Source: Bugula neritina (Eukaryota; Animalia; Bryozoa). From it: 64,000 bases of DNA. A program made the translations under genes and the position numbers. The stretch covers positions 321,680 to 385,679 of the forward strand of contig OZ037767.1 in assembly GCA_964035545.1 (NCBI GenBank). Direction: 5' to 3'. Of this stretch, positions 26,789-39,911 are shown one piece after another (the stretch's first letter is position 1; the number at the start of each line of letters is the position of its first letter). Below the pieces are notes generated by a model. The model had not been told where the DNA came from and searched no databases. It saw only the letters and a list, made by a program, of their open reading frames with translations.

Positions 26789-28154
26789 ATTATAGTATAT
26801 TACTCCTAGATATATAATCACATAACTTTGATTATTATTATACTATCAAACGAAGATTATTATTATTATATAATACTATCAAGTTTGAAGAGGCTCATTG
26901 GGCTGGTCAAAATGTGAATTGAAGTATACTTAAAATTGGTTATAAGTGATAAATTCTTTCACTATTTTCAACTTAAAATATTTTGACTAGAGTAAAGCTT
27001 ATAGTTGATACAATGCCATAGAAATCATGTGACCAGTTTAGATGACAACAATAGACATTGTAGCTTTGACTCTAAGAAGTAGAGTACAAGGGTTTATTTT
27101 ATGTATAAACTGTAATTATATTCTGTACTGCTGCAAGCTGTAAACAAAAAAGATCTAATTTAAATTTAAAACAATGCTACTTCTATGCTAGTGAGTATTT
27201 TTACATCTAAAAGAGAAGTCATTATGCTGCATGTTTCCTGTGTTGTGTCAGCAGTTGGAAGAAATAGTTACTATTTCAGGATTATTCTAGACTAATTCAC
27301 ACATATTTTCATTAAATAAACCGCTATTAGCAGTTGAGAGACAAAACCAAATGTATATCATTTCCTTTCAATACAAGAAATCCAAACTTAAGAACGAAAC
27401 TAATGAACTGACAGCAGTGAATGTTGAGCTGACAGCAGTGATTGGTAAAGTAGATGACACACAACCCCTGGGAGCACCCCCAGGTAGCCCACGTTCAGAG
27501 CCACAGCATCAAGTCAGCACTATTTTCATATCACCTCAAGGGTTTTGTACTTAAAACAAAAAATTGAAAAATTCTCTTGCAACACTCCAATGCACCTCCT
27601 TGCATAGATAGTACGCTGCGGCTGATTGGCTGTATGCTGGTAGCATTATTTCAAAGTCTGTGTGCAGCAAACTGGCCTCCAGGTTCATTAAATATAGTTA
27701 TTTGCAGTTCTATTGTATATAATCATATTTTTATAGTATATAGTTCTATTGTATATAATGGTATATATTACAGTATATAGTCCTATTGTATATACTATAT
27801 AATCATATATTATAGTATATAGTCCTATTGTATATAATGGTATATATTATAGTATATAGTCCTATTGTATATACTATATAATCATATATTATAGTATATA
27901 GTCCTATTGTATATAATCATATATATTATAGTATATAGTCCTATTGTATATAATCATATATATTATAGTATATAGTCCTATTGTATATACTATATAATCA
28001 TATACATTATGTTCTACAGTTTTCTCTTCACGTGAGAGTAATGGGTGACTCTCTATCTAACAGGAAGTGGAGAGAAAAAATTTCAGTGAATTTGCCAGCA
28101 GCACAACTAGTAGGCGCAGCACTGAGAGGGAGGGCATAGATTTGCAGCTGTAAA

Positions 28155-29998
28155 GTACCACAGTATAGTGTGTATAGTGAGTAGAATACCACAGTATAGT
28201 GTGTATTGTGAGTAGAATACCATAATATATTGTGTAAAGTACCACAGTATAGTATGTATAGTGAGTAGAATACCACAGTATAGTGTGTATAGTGAGTAGA
28301 ATACCACAGTATAGTGTGTATAGTGAGTAGAATACCACAGTATAGTGTGTATAGTGAGTAGAATACCACAGTATAGTGTGTATAGTGAGTAGAATACCAC
28401 AGTATAGTGTGTATAGTGAGTAGAATACCACAGTATAGTGTGTATAGTGAGTAGAATACCACAGTATAGTGTGTATAGTGAGTAGAATACCACAGTATAG
28501 TGTGTATAGTGAGTAGAATACCACAGTATAGTGTGTATAGTGAGTAGAATACCACAGTATAGTGTGTATAGTGAGTAGAATACCACAGTATAGTGTGTAT
28601 AGTGAGTAGAATACCACAGTATAGTGTGTATAGTGAGTAGAATACCACAGTATAGTGTGTATAGTGAGTAGAATACCACAGTATAGTGTGTATAGTGAGT
28701 AGAATACCACAGTATAGTGTGTATAGTGAGTAGAATACCACAGTATAGTGTGTATAGTGAGTAGAATACCACAGTATAGTGTGTATAGTGAGTAGAATAC
28801 CACAGTATAGTGTGTATAGTGAGTAGAATACCACAGTATAGTGTGTATAGTGAGTAGAATACCACAGTATAGTGTGTATAGTGAGTAGAATACCACAGTA
28901 TAGTGTGTATAGTGAGTAGAATACCACAGTATAGTGTGTATTGTGAGTAGAATACCACAGTATAGTGTGTATAGTGAGTAGAATACCACAGTATAGTGTG
29001 TATAGTGAGTAGAATACCACAGTATAGTGTGTATAGTGAGTAGAATACCACAGTATAGTGTGTATAGTGAGTAGAATACCACAGTATATTGTGTATAGTG
29101 TGTAGAATACCACAGTATAGTGTGTATAGTGTGTAGAATACCACAGTATATTGTGTAGAGTGAGTAGAATACCACAGTATAGTGTGTATAGTGTGTAGAA
29201 TACCACAGTATAGTGTGTATAGTGAGTAGAATACCACAGTATAGTGTGTATAGTGAGTAGAATACCACAGTATAGTGTGTATAGTGAGTAGAATACCACA
29301 GTATAGTGTGTATAGTGTGTAGAATACCACAGTATAGTGTGTATAGTGAGTAGAATACCACAGTATAGTGTGTATAGTGAGTAGAATACCACAGTATAGT
29401 GTGTATAGTGAGTAGAATACCACAGTATAGTGTGTATAGTGTGTAGAATACCACAGTATAGTGTGTATAGTGAGTAGAATACCACAGTATAGTGTGTATA
29501 GTGTGTAGAATACCACAGTATAGTGTGTATAGTGAGTAGAATACCACAGTATAGTGTGTATAGTGAGTAGAATACCACAGTATATTGTGTATAGTGTGTA
29601 GAATACCACAGTATAGTGTGTATAGTGTGTAGAATACCACAGTATATTGTGTAGAGTGAGTAGAATACCACAGTATAGTGTGTATAGTGTGTAGAATACC
29701 ACAGTATAGTGTGTATAGTGAGTAGAATACCACAGTATAGTGTGTATAGTGAGTAGAATACCACAGTATAGTGTGTATAGTGAGTAGAATACCACAGTAT
29801 AGTGTGTATAGTGTGTAGAATACCACAGTATAGTGTGTATAGTGAGTAGAATACCACAGTATAGTGTGTATAGTGAGTAGAATACCACAGTATAGTGTGT
29901 ATAGTGAGTAGAATACCACAGTATAGTGTGTATAGTGTGTAGAATACCACAGTATAGTGTGTATAGTGAGTAGAATACCACAGTATATTGTGTAGAGT
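28155..29998. repeat. 31-bp minisatellite (AGTAGAATACCACAGTATAGTGTGTATAGTG)
   Basis: ~59 copies; stop-free in all three minus frames, giving spurious 620-677 aa ORFs. Confidence 0.96.
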
Positions 29999-30681
29999 GC
30001 AGCTTGTTCCGGTTATACTCCTGAAATAAACCTTCACACTTTACTTGGTCACATTTAGTGAATGTAACTGAATATTTCCCTAAGACTACATCTCTGGTAA
30101 AGGTTATATAAGCTCTAGAGGAATGCACACCACTAACCAAATGCCATTCAACATTTTAATAAATTTTAGGCAAATTGTTTTGCAGCTGTGAATCTCCCAA
30201 GTGTATCTTATTACGTGAGGCATGACCTCTACCAGCTAAACCTTTTATTCAGCAATATATCACCAGCTAGAGGTCATTAGCAGCTAGGCTATTCTTGAAA
30301 TTCTACTCTCATGCAAGGTAAAGAGCAATTCATAGGCTATTAGTTTAATGGCGTTAAGTCATGACTTAACGCAGGTCCACCCTTGTGCCGGGATCCAAAC
30401 AACCTTTTGTATGAATAACCAACAGTAAACAACCTGGTGACGGTCTCAGCCATTCACTTCTCACTTTTATTTCCATAAAGTTAAAACTAGAAGTGGTAAT
30501 GGATTTGATGTGATTCTACAGTTAACAATCTGGCAGATGCTATATTGAGAGGTGGTTCTATTCCAGTGACCATTAACCTTACACTTCCATAGCTTTCAGC
30601 TATAGTATTATTTCCTGATTGTAACCTCCAGTTCACTCATAATACAATGTCACCTTCTATACCTGTGCTATAACCTGTATT

Positions 30682-30912
30682 GCTATACTATATAATAATG
30701 TTCTATACTCTATAATAATGTTCTATACTATATAATAGTGTTCTATACTATATAATAGTGTTCTATACTATATAATAGTGTTCTATACTATATAATAATG
30801 TTCTATACTATATAATAGTGTTCTATACTATATAATAGTGTTCTATACTATATAAAAATGTTCTATACTATATAATAGTGTTCTACACTATATAATAATG
30901 TTCTACACTATA
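30682..30912. repeat. 20-bp tandem repeat (TTCTATACTATATAATAGTG)
   Basis: ~11 copies. Confidence 0.88.
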
Positions 30913-32452
30913 AGCAAACTGTTTTGTCATTTTAACACAAACACAATTATATAATTTACTGAAAGTACAAGTAAAATGATGCGTGTGTAAATAAATATAA
31001 AGTGTATTTGGATATTGGAGGGAATATTATTGGTACACATGACTGACGCTGTCTACAGGAAAGAGGCAGCTGTAGATAATTTGTTGCAATTATCCAAACA
31101 CGCATGTTCAAACTGTGGCTGTTGGGGCTGTTAATTATCAGTGATAATTAGTGAAGAATAATTACAGAAAATGACATTAGCTGAAGCAATCATGCATCTA
31201 TATGTCAATAATTAATAAACTATGCAATTATGTCATTCAATGTTGTTCCAACAAAATGTGTTATATATTTGTGTAAAGCATACTACTGGTAGGTTATACC
31301 TGTATTATTTCAGTAAATGGTGGGCTAATAAAAGTATATATTGCACAGTATAGCAGCAGTTACAATAACATAATTACATTCTTTTACTTTAATATTGTTA
31401 ATTGTTTAATGATTTCTCACAACTCAATTCACAAAACAAAAAGCAAAATCATCTGAAAGTCAAGACATGCCATGAATATGATTTCCAATTGGCAGGAAGC
31501 CAAGTCCGACTCGCAGCTCATATTTATGAGTTTATAAGAAAAACAAGTTAGGCAACCGTGTGGCTGGTTTTGCAACAGTTGAAGTAATAAATGATGAGTG
31601 AGTAGATGATTGGACAGAGATTTCATTAATCAATCTCATCGCCCACTTGATTAATAAATACTCTGAGAATATATCCTTCATTACTCCAGATTTGATTCAA
31701 CATCCCTTGACATCATATGCTCGTCTTAGAGTACTTCAGTACAACACATCCCCAGCCAAGGTGGAGATGCTCTCATAAGTTGTATGCTAGAATAACATAT
31801 GAGTCAGTCATCAACAGCAACACCGGCAGCATTTAGCTGATGACTCATAGCCGGCAGCAGTTGAATTCTCACAATTTCTCCTTAGATTGAATAATTAAGG
31901 AAAGTTCTTTAGTTCAAAGACACACCTTGTTTACTACTCTGTCCGTACATTTGATTAGTAATTTGAAGTTTATTCTACTCAAAGCTAAGCTTATGTAAAT
32001 TGTTGTGTATTTACTCAGATAAATTATAAAACCTGCTTTAACTACAATTAGCTATAAAATATAACTCAATTTGTGGGAAGTTTTATTATAAAAATTATTA
32101 TTTCTGTTATATTTACATAAAAGTATGCAATAAGAGGGAGAGACAAGCTGCAATACCAGCCAATGAAATATCATACAGAGTTATTTGAGGAATTCGTGCA
32201 GCTTATAGCGACATGGCATATTACAAAATTCCACAACACATAGTTATATAAAAATACATTATCACAAACTAATATAACTTATCATATTAAATTTCTGAGA
32301 TGCTGATAACATAGCATGTTCATCAACATTGATAATGTCAGCTTGTTAGAGTGAGAGAGGCTGTTGAAACACGCTGAACATGTGTTCACATGATGCTATA
32401 TATATCTCTCTCTCTACTTTTATATTTAGCTGACAGCAACTATACGCTGACT

Positions 32453-35400
32453 TTATGTAGAGCTCTGTTTATATGCCTTTGTGCTGGCTATCTTCTTACC
32501 ACACATTGCACATATACCTACAAAAAGAAAGTCACACTATACAATATATATACATATATACCTGCAACAATAACACCATACTATACACATATACCTACAA
32601 CGAGACTTGTAAATTAGATTCACAAGGAAATGTGTCATCTACCTGCCAACAACTGCTTTATTCTAAGAAACAAGTCAACAGCTGTATACAAGTTTGTAGA
32701 AATAAAGTAGATCATTATACTTAGTAACAATTAATATTATACATAGTATATTATACATGGTATATTATACATAGTATATTATACATGGTATATTATACAT
32801 GGTATATTATACTTGGTATATTATACATAGTATATTATACATGGTATATTATACATGGTATATTATACTTGGTATATTATACATGGTATATTATACATGG
32901 TATATTATACATGGTATATTATACATGGTATATTATACATGGTATATTATACATGGTATATTATACATGGTATATTATACATGGTATATTATACATGTGT
33001 GTATAATATGAAGCTGATTGAAGTGTAACTGTTACATGAGTAACAATTGTGTACTGTTTCCTCTGCCAGCAAGAGTTGAACTCATAACAATTACCATCAG
33101 CTCACTTGATTGAAACATATTCTTGTTTTAACCATCAGCAGCCCTAAATAGGAAATAATAGCCGACATAATAGCTGACATGTGCCTGCTATGTTTGCTGC
33201 CTTGCAGAATATTTTACTGTTGTATATTTTATTGTGTATATTTTACTGTGTATATTTTACTGTGTATATTTTACTGTGCATATTTTACTGTGTATATTTT
33301 ACTGTGTATATTTTACTGTGTATATTTTACTGTGTATATTTTACTGTGTATATTTTACTGTTGTATATTTTACTGTGTATATTTTACTGTGTATATTTTA
33401 CTGTGTATATTTTACTGTGTATATTTTACTGTGTATATTTTACTGTGTATATTTTATTATTGTATATTTTACGGCAGCATATTCTTGTATCACCTTACTT
33501 AGTCATTACATTCCTCGACATTGCTTTGATAGTTTAGTGAGAATATTGATAGTGTATAAACATAGTAATAATGTATAAAACACATTGATGATTTAGCAAG
33601 AGTTTTGGGCATATATTAAAAGCTTCCTGCTATTACATGTTAATTACATAAGCAATAAGTTAAATATAATGCACATTGCTGTCTAGCAAGTATTAATTAA
33701 ACTAATACTCCACATTCCAATATAGTAGTCTAATCATTCAGTATCTCAACCTAAATATTTCTCTCTTTCAGCCCATACCTTTCTGGGAATTTCCCATTTA
33801 TTTCATCTTATTCACTAAGCACAATTTCATGTTTTTATTATTTAAAACTAGAAAATAATGTTTAAAGCCCATAGTTTAAAGTATGTAAGTTAGTTTATAC
33901 TATACTGAGTTCAACAGACATCAACTACTAGCTGCTGAGATATTAGCTGACAGAACAGTAGTGTGGCCGTGACAAGCTGAGAGATTTAGGTCCCAGTGTC
34001 ACACTAATTACCAGTGTGCTACATGACAAACTAGCTTTAGTAGGGATGATGTACACTAATGCAACCCTATCCAATACAAAGTTAATAGAATACTGCTTCT
34101 ATAAGAATTTACAGCACGCTGGCCTTATCTACCATCTATAATTACCACAGCACGGTACAACCAGCTTAGTGTAACCTCTCAGGGGTGGAATTATCATTAC
34201 TAGGGTTTATTTTACTCATTCTTAGAGTATAAATAACTTTAATTATGGACCAAAAGTTGTTGTAAAAATAACTGTTCATGTACAACAGACCGTATTTCTC
34301 AACAGGCCATGAATTTCTCCCTCTATAGTGCTGACAGAGAGCAAGAGGTGGCACGTGATACAGCCATAGTTACATAACTCTAAGCAAACCGGGTGTTAAA
34401 CAGGTAGTACAGGTAGAACAGGTAGAACAGGTAGAACAGGTAGTAGTAAGTAGTTCTTTGGGCTATATTTCATCAGATGTGTCCAAACTGGTCAAACTGG
34501 TCAACAAGTGTACAACTGGATTGCAGCAATAAAAACACTAGTAATTAAACTACATGAGGATACTAGATGAGGTAGTGAGAGTAGAGTACTGACAGTGAGA
34601 GAGTAGAGAGAGTAGAGTACTGACAGTGAGAGAGTAGAGAGAGTAGAGTACTGACAGTGAGAGAGTAGAGTACTGACAGTAGTGAGAGTAGAGAGAGTAG
34701 AGTACTGACAGTGAGAGAGTAGAGAGAGTAGAGTACTGACAGTGTGAGAGTAGAGAGAGTAGAGTACTGACAGTGTAAGAGTAGAGAGATTAGAGAGATT
34801 AGATTAGGCAGCAGTTATTAGGGTCATCACGTCAGCAGACAGCACTGGGTCATTGCTCACCAGTCATGTCACATTAAAACTTTACGTAATCTAACTGAGG
34901 GCAGGGCAGGTGTGAGAGAAACACTACAGGTGAAGGGAAGTGTTTCCCACGTAGTACTAATCAACTATAATTATATCTGAAGTAGTGCAGATTAGTCTGT
35001 GTTACACTTGAGTATATCATTATAGGCTGAACACACTAGAGTTATCTTCTCTTGTGAACACTACAGCAGTGTGTATCAGTATATCAGGATACAGGAATAT
35101 GTTATGTGGATATATAGTATCTCATTAGCCTATATATTATAACTAGGCCAGGTGAATATACCTGAATATCCTTTTAGTGGAAGCCACACTGACTACAGCT
35201 ACACTGACTACAGCTACACTGACTACAGCTACACTGACTACAGCTACACTGACTACAGCTACACTCACTACAGCCACACTCACTACAGCTACACTCACTA
35301 CAGCCACACTCACTACAGCTACACTCACTACAGCCACACTCACTACAGCTACACTGACTACAGCTACACTGACTACAGCTACACTCACTACAGCCACACT

Positions 35401-37990
35401 CACTACAGCTACACTGACTACAGACACACTCACTAAAGTTACATAGTGATATAAATATCACAGCTGTGACATACTATCTATATTATAAGTTATGACTTAA
35501 ACAGGATGTGAATTCATTAAACCCATTGCTGGGTCACTTCTTACAAGGAAAACATAAAAATATGATTGTCCTGTTAAAAATAACTTATCTATAGTGACTA
35601 ATGCAATGCAATTCCCACAGCACACACACCTCTTTAATGTTATTGAGAAGAAAATTACATAATTTGAACTTTTACTTTCTACGAATTGTAAACAGGGGTG
35701 TAACCCAGGGGTATATGTAACCAGGGGTACGTAAACAGGGGGGTAACTTAGGGGTATGTAAACAGGGGGGTAATTTAGGGTAGTGAATGAGGTCACACCA
35801 CAAAACAATATTGGTTGATTTTCTCTCTCATGTTGTCCCTACGTGTATTACTACAGTATATTACAATATATACAGTATAATAGAGCATAATATAGTATAA
35901 TATATTACAGTATAATATATTACGGTATATTACAGTATAATATAATATAGTATATTACAGTATAATATATTATAGTATAACAGCTGCACAGCTGACAGAG
36001 AAAGCTGTGTTACAGGTATAAGGTAGTCCCAGGGTAGTTTAATTACAGACAATATAAATATTAAATATTACTTTAAAGTGTGTTTTAGTAATTATAGAAA
36101 AACAGTTGACATCCACGCCTCCTCCTCTCCTCCACTTAATTGGAACTGACAAAACTAATCACACAAAACTACAAGTTAATTGACACTTAAACTATATCTC
36201 AGACTATTGTAAACTATATCTTAGACTATTTGTTCAATAGTTGCTGTATTTACAGAGCAAAGTGATAGACGTGTGAGTTTAGCAAGTTGCGGCACAAACA
36301 GGAAGAGGAAGTGACATCATTACCTTTCTTGTAGGCACAACTCTGACAGTAGTGAGAGCCAGGCTGGTGCACGGAGGTCTTACAGATGCGACATTTCTCG
36401 AACCCTTTCTGGTGAGGGTTAAATCTGTTCTTCTTTGAGGTCATAGCCTTGTTCTCCCCAACCACCCTGCCGCCCCCATCTACAGTGTGCAGACACAAGT
36501 GAGAACACGGGCTAAAGTTATAAAACTTATTATTCAGTAACTTCAGAGAAATGTGGAAGAAATGTGGGAGTGGTAGTCAAGCTGAGAGAGACCAGCCATT
36601 CAACATTCTACGTAACGTCACTAGACCAGCTGACTTGATACTCATCAGACAGGAAGTGTGAGTAGCACAAAGGTACATCAGCGCTGACACAGCACTGCTG
36701 CCTGTGACAGCACTGACCTCTACGCCAGAGTTGTGCTCAGTGAGAAGGAAACCCCCAGGGCATTGCATTGCTGCACAGAGTGCAGGTGATTCACAAACAC
36801 AAAGGAGTTGCACCGATACAGAGGAAGTGTTTGTTAGTAGGTGTGTCTTGAGCGGCAGCAGGCGTGGCTATGACTCTCGGGTCAGCGAACACAGCGAGAT
36901 AGTGACGTCTGAAGGAAACAGTTAGTGGGTCAGTAATGCTGCAAACAGTTAGTGGGTCAGTAACGCTGCAAACAGTTAGTGATTCACCAAAAGTAGAGGA
37001 AACAGATGTGGACACACGAATAATAGAGAATGCAATGATGTATATGAATATATCTAATAACCAAAACTGGCTCAGTGAGTAGAAGCAGTAGAGGCTCCTG
37101 GTGTATGTATTTCCCTGCAGAGTATTTTACGAGGAGATAACTCCTAATACAATGATATAGATTCAGAGTTATGTGTTGTTAGTAACACCCCATTCTCCCC
37201 CTTGTGACAACCTAGTATCCACCCCTGTGAGAACCCCAGTCTCCACCCCTGTGAGAACCCCAGTATCCACCCCTGTGAGAACCCCTGAGGTAAGAGCTAA
37301 GTACTGGGCCTCTCACCATACTGGTAACACACTATTATGATAGAGTATTATAACCTGTTACCAGACAATATTATAGTTACCTGTGGTATTTCTAGCACCA
37401 GTTTTCCACGGATCAGGTGTTATCACTTTACCCAGCTTAGTTTGACCTGCAAAATATAGTCGTACTCATAGTTACAGTGATATACTCATAGTCACAGTGA
37501 TATACTCATAGTTACAGTGATATACTCATAGTTACAGTGATATACTCATAGTTACAGTGATATACTCATAGTTAGAGTGACATAGTCGTAGTTACAGTGA
37601 TATACTCATAGTCACAGTGACATACTCATAGTTAGAGTGATATACTCATAGTTACAGTGACATAGTCATAGTTACAGTGATATACTCATAGTTACAGTGA
37701 TATACTCATAGTCACAGTGATATACTCATAGTTACAGTGATATACTCATAGTTACAGTGATATACTCATAGTTACAGTGATATACTCATAGTCACAGTGA
37801 CATACTCATAGTTAGAGTGATATACTCATAGTTACAGTGGCATAGTCATAATTACAGTGATATACTCATAGTTACAGTGGCATAGTCATAGTTACAGTGG
37901 CATAGTCATAGTTACAGTGGCATAGTCATAGTTAGAATTACTGTAGTGATAGCCATATAAGTGACTATACTTACACTTTTCACACACCAT
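32453..37990 (-). CDS. CRIPT: Cysteine-rich PDZ-binding protein CRIPT, 4 coding exons, 100 aa
   Basis: Exons 37975-37990, 37381-37446, 36324-36479, 32453-32517 give MVCEKCQTKLGKVITPDPWKTGARNTTDGGGRVVGENKAMTSKKNRFNPHQKGFEKCRICKTSVHQPGSHYCQSCAYKKGICAMCGKKIASTKAYKQSST*. Confidence 0.96.
32736..32997. repeat. 14-bp tandem repeat (TATTATACATGGTA), CRIPT intron 3
   Basis: ~18 copies. Confidence 0.9.
33208..33470. repeat. 14-bp tandem repeat (TATATTTTACTGTG), CRIPT intron 3
   Basis: ~18 copies. Confidence 0.9.
35186..35434. repeat. 15-bp tandem repeat (ACACTSACTACAGCY), CRIPT intron 3
   Basis: ~16 copies. Confidence 0.9.
37463..37934. repeat. 20-bp minisatellite (TATACTCATAGTTACAGTGA), CRIPT intron 1
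   Basis: ~23 copies filling the intron. Confidence 0.92.
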
Positions 37991-38576
37991 ACTTCAGTCA
38001 CCTTTCAGGTTAACTTCTGTAACAAATACATAACAAAGGATGAAATATCTGTTCTGCTGAACTGAGAGAAGTACAGCTGCTGATTGGAGCAAATATTCAA
38101 ACATACATCACTTCCTGTATGAGGGAGGAAAGATGTCAACTACCACTAGTTAATGCTATTCAACTCACTGAACAACTTGTTTTTATGTTACAGTGTTCTT
38201 GAAATTGTTGACTAACGGTAGAAAAAGATGTTCAACTGATTCTATATAAAAATAATTATAATATCAACATGAAAATATTTATAAGTATATAAACACACTA
38301 AAACAAAAATGAACCAACATTAATGATGAATGATTTTTACTTATAGTTACACTTAGAGTTATAGTATTACTATTACATTTACAATAACTAATTGAGTAAT
38401 AGTATTAGTTTGATGATAGAAGTTGAAGTTATATTTGTAAGTTATACTTGGTCTTGTAGCTATTTTAATTGACCGCTATTTATAATTCATAACTCAATGT
38501 CATCATCATGTTCATATTGATTGTTGTTATTGCACTTGTAGTTGTAGTGAAGTTGTACTACTAGTATTAGTACTAA

Positions 38577-38577
38577 C

Positions 38578-38618
<41 letters not shown>

Positions 38619-38712
38619 CTTGTAGTTGTAGTACTAGTAGTAGTTTTACTACGTCTACTTCATCTTCAATTTCAATTTGTAGTTGTACTTTAACTTCAAC
38701 TTCACTACTAGT

Positions 38713-38745
<33 letters not shown>

Positions 38746-38830
38746 GTAGTAGTAGTAGTAGTAGTAGTACAGTAGTAGTAGTAGTACAGTAGTAGTAGTA
38801 CTAGTACTACTACTAGTAGTAGTAGTACTT
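38577..38830. repeat. (TAG)n/(CTA)n trinucleotide tracts in alternating orientation
   Basis: (TAG)n, then (CTA)n joined directly to (TAG)n. Confidence 0.85.
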
Positions 38831-39052
38831 GTACCTGTGGCTGTAGTATGACTATTACTATTAGTATTAGTATTACTATATAATTATAAACGATAGGAAG
38901 AACACTCACCAACAATAAAATGAAATGCAGTATTTTAAATCTATGACTATAATTTGAAAATAAAATAATACAAGGGTGAGTTGAATTTACTACTTGAGTT
39001 AAATTTAAGAAGCAAACATTTGAGCTTCTAGCGATAGTTGTTCGTCTAAGTG

Positions 39053-39203
39053 AATTGTTTTATAAGCAGATTTGGCTTAGGGGTGAATGAGTGTAGTAGT
39101 TTAGGGTTCTCAAATTTGGAGTTGAAGCGTCTAACTTCAGACTTGAGAATCCTAAACTACTGCACTCAGTAACCCCCAACTTGGAGCTGCTTATAGAATA
39201 ATT
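39053..39203 (+). other. Long gapless inverted repeat / RNA hairpin (71-nt arms, 9-nt loop)
   Basis: 39053-39123 pairs with 39133-39203: by hand alignment 55 Watson-Crick pairs, 10 G-U pairs (on +), 6 mismatches, no indels. Confidence 0.85.
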
Positions 39204-39911
39204 TTGTTTTAACTATTTTATAAGCCAAGTTACCTAAATAATTGCATGGAAAATTTTCGGGAGGCCTTATTTTAGTATTCCAGTATAGAGCGTTTAGTAT
39301 TTCTAGGGCTAAGCATTCTGCCTTCTTTGTAACGCTACAAGGTTGCTGTTATATTTAAGAGTTGCGAATAGAGTGTGCTGTTTTGTAGTAACATTCATGC
39401 TTAGAAATAAAGTTCCCATTTATTCCTATGTCAAATGATATAAGAATATCAAATAATGTAATACTATTTGCAATGAGATTTAAAATACAATTTATAATCA
39501 CAGTGGTCGGGCATACGTGAGACAGTTGTCGCCACGATAAGTGGCAGTGGGCAGATTTGCGCCCTAATGCTAGAAGCTAATACTAATACTAATAGTAATT
39601 CATAAACTTAATAATATTAATTCATAATTCATTAATTGTGATCTGTCATCTTAAAATATGAATTAAAATTTTAATCATAATATAAAGTTAAGCTCTTCAT
39701 ATTGCTTTAAGTTCAAGTTATAGTTTAATAATTATAATAATAATATTTAATAATATTAGTTGTTTACTTTTACTTTTAGATTGCAGAAAAACAGATTGGC
39801 TGTCTTAGATTTTGTCTCCCATATTTGTACAAGTTTCGAATGTATGAGTAAGACTTTGGATGACTGCTAATTTCCTAATTCAAAAGTGAAACCTGAAAAA
39901 AAGAACGGAAA

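Noticed and set aside
28028-30140. Three 620-677 aa minus-strand ORFs
   Set aside because: They are translations of a 31-bp tandem repeat that is stop-free in all three frames; no coding signal.
35143-35461. Metallothionein-like (CSCSEC)n or mucin-like ORFs
   Set aside because: 15-bp tandem repeat within a CRIPT intron, open in several frames.
35595-35631. Alternative CRIPT last exon GVCAVGIALH*
   Set aside because: Poor acceptor; the true GICAMCGKK exon is at 32453-32517.
39088-39110. Calling the hairpin let-7
   Set aside because: The seed has an extra base, the 3' half differs, and the hairpin is much longer than a let-7 precursor; kept only as an unnamed hairpin.
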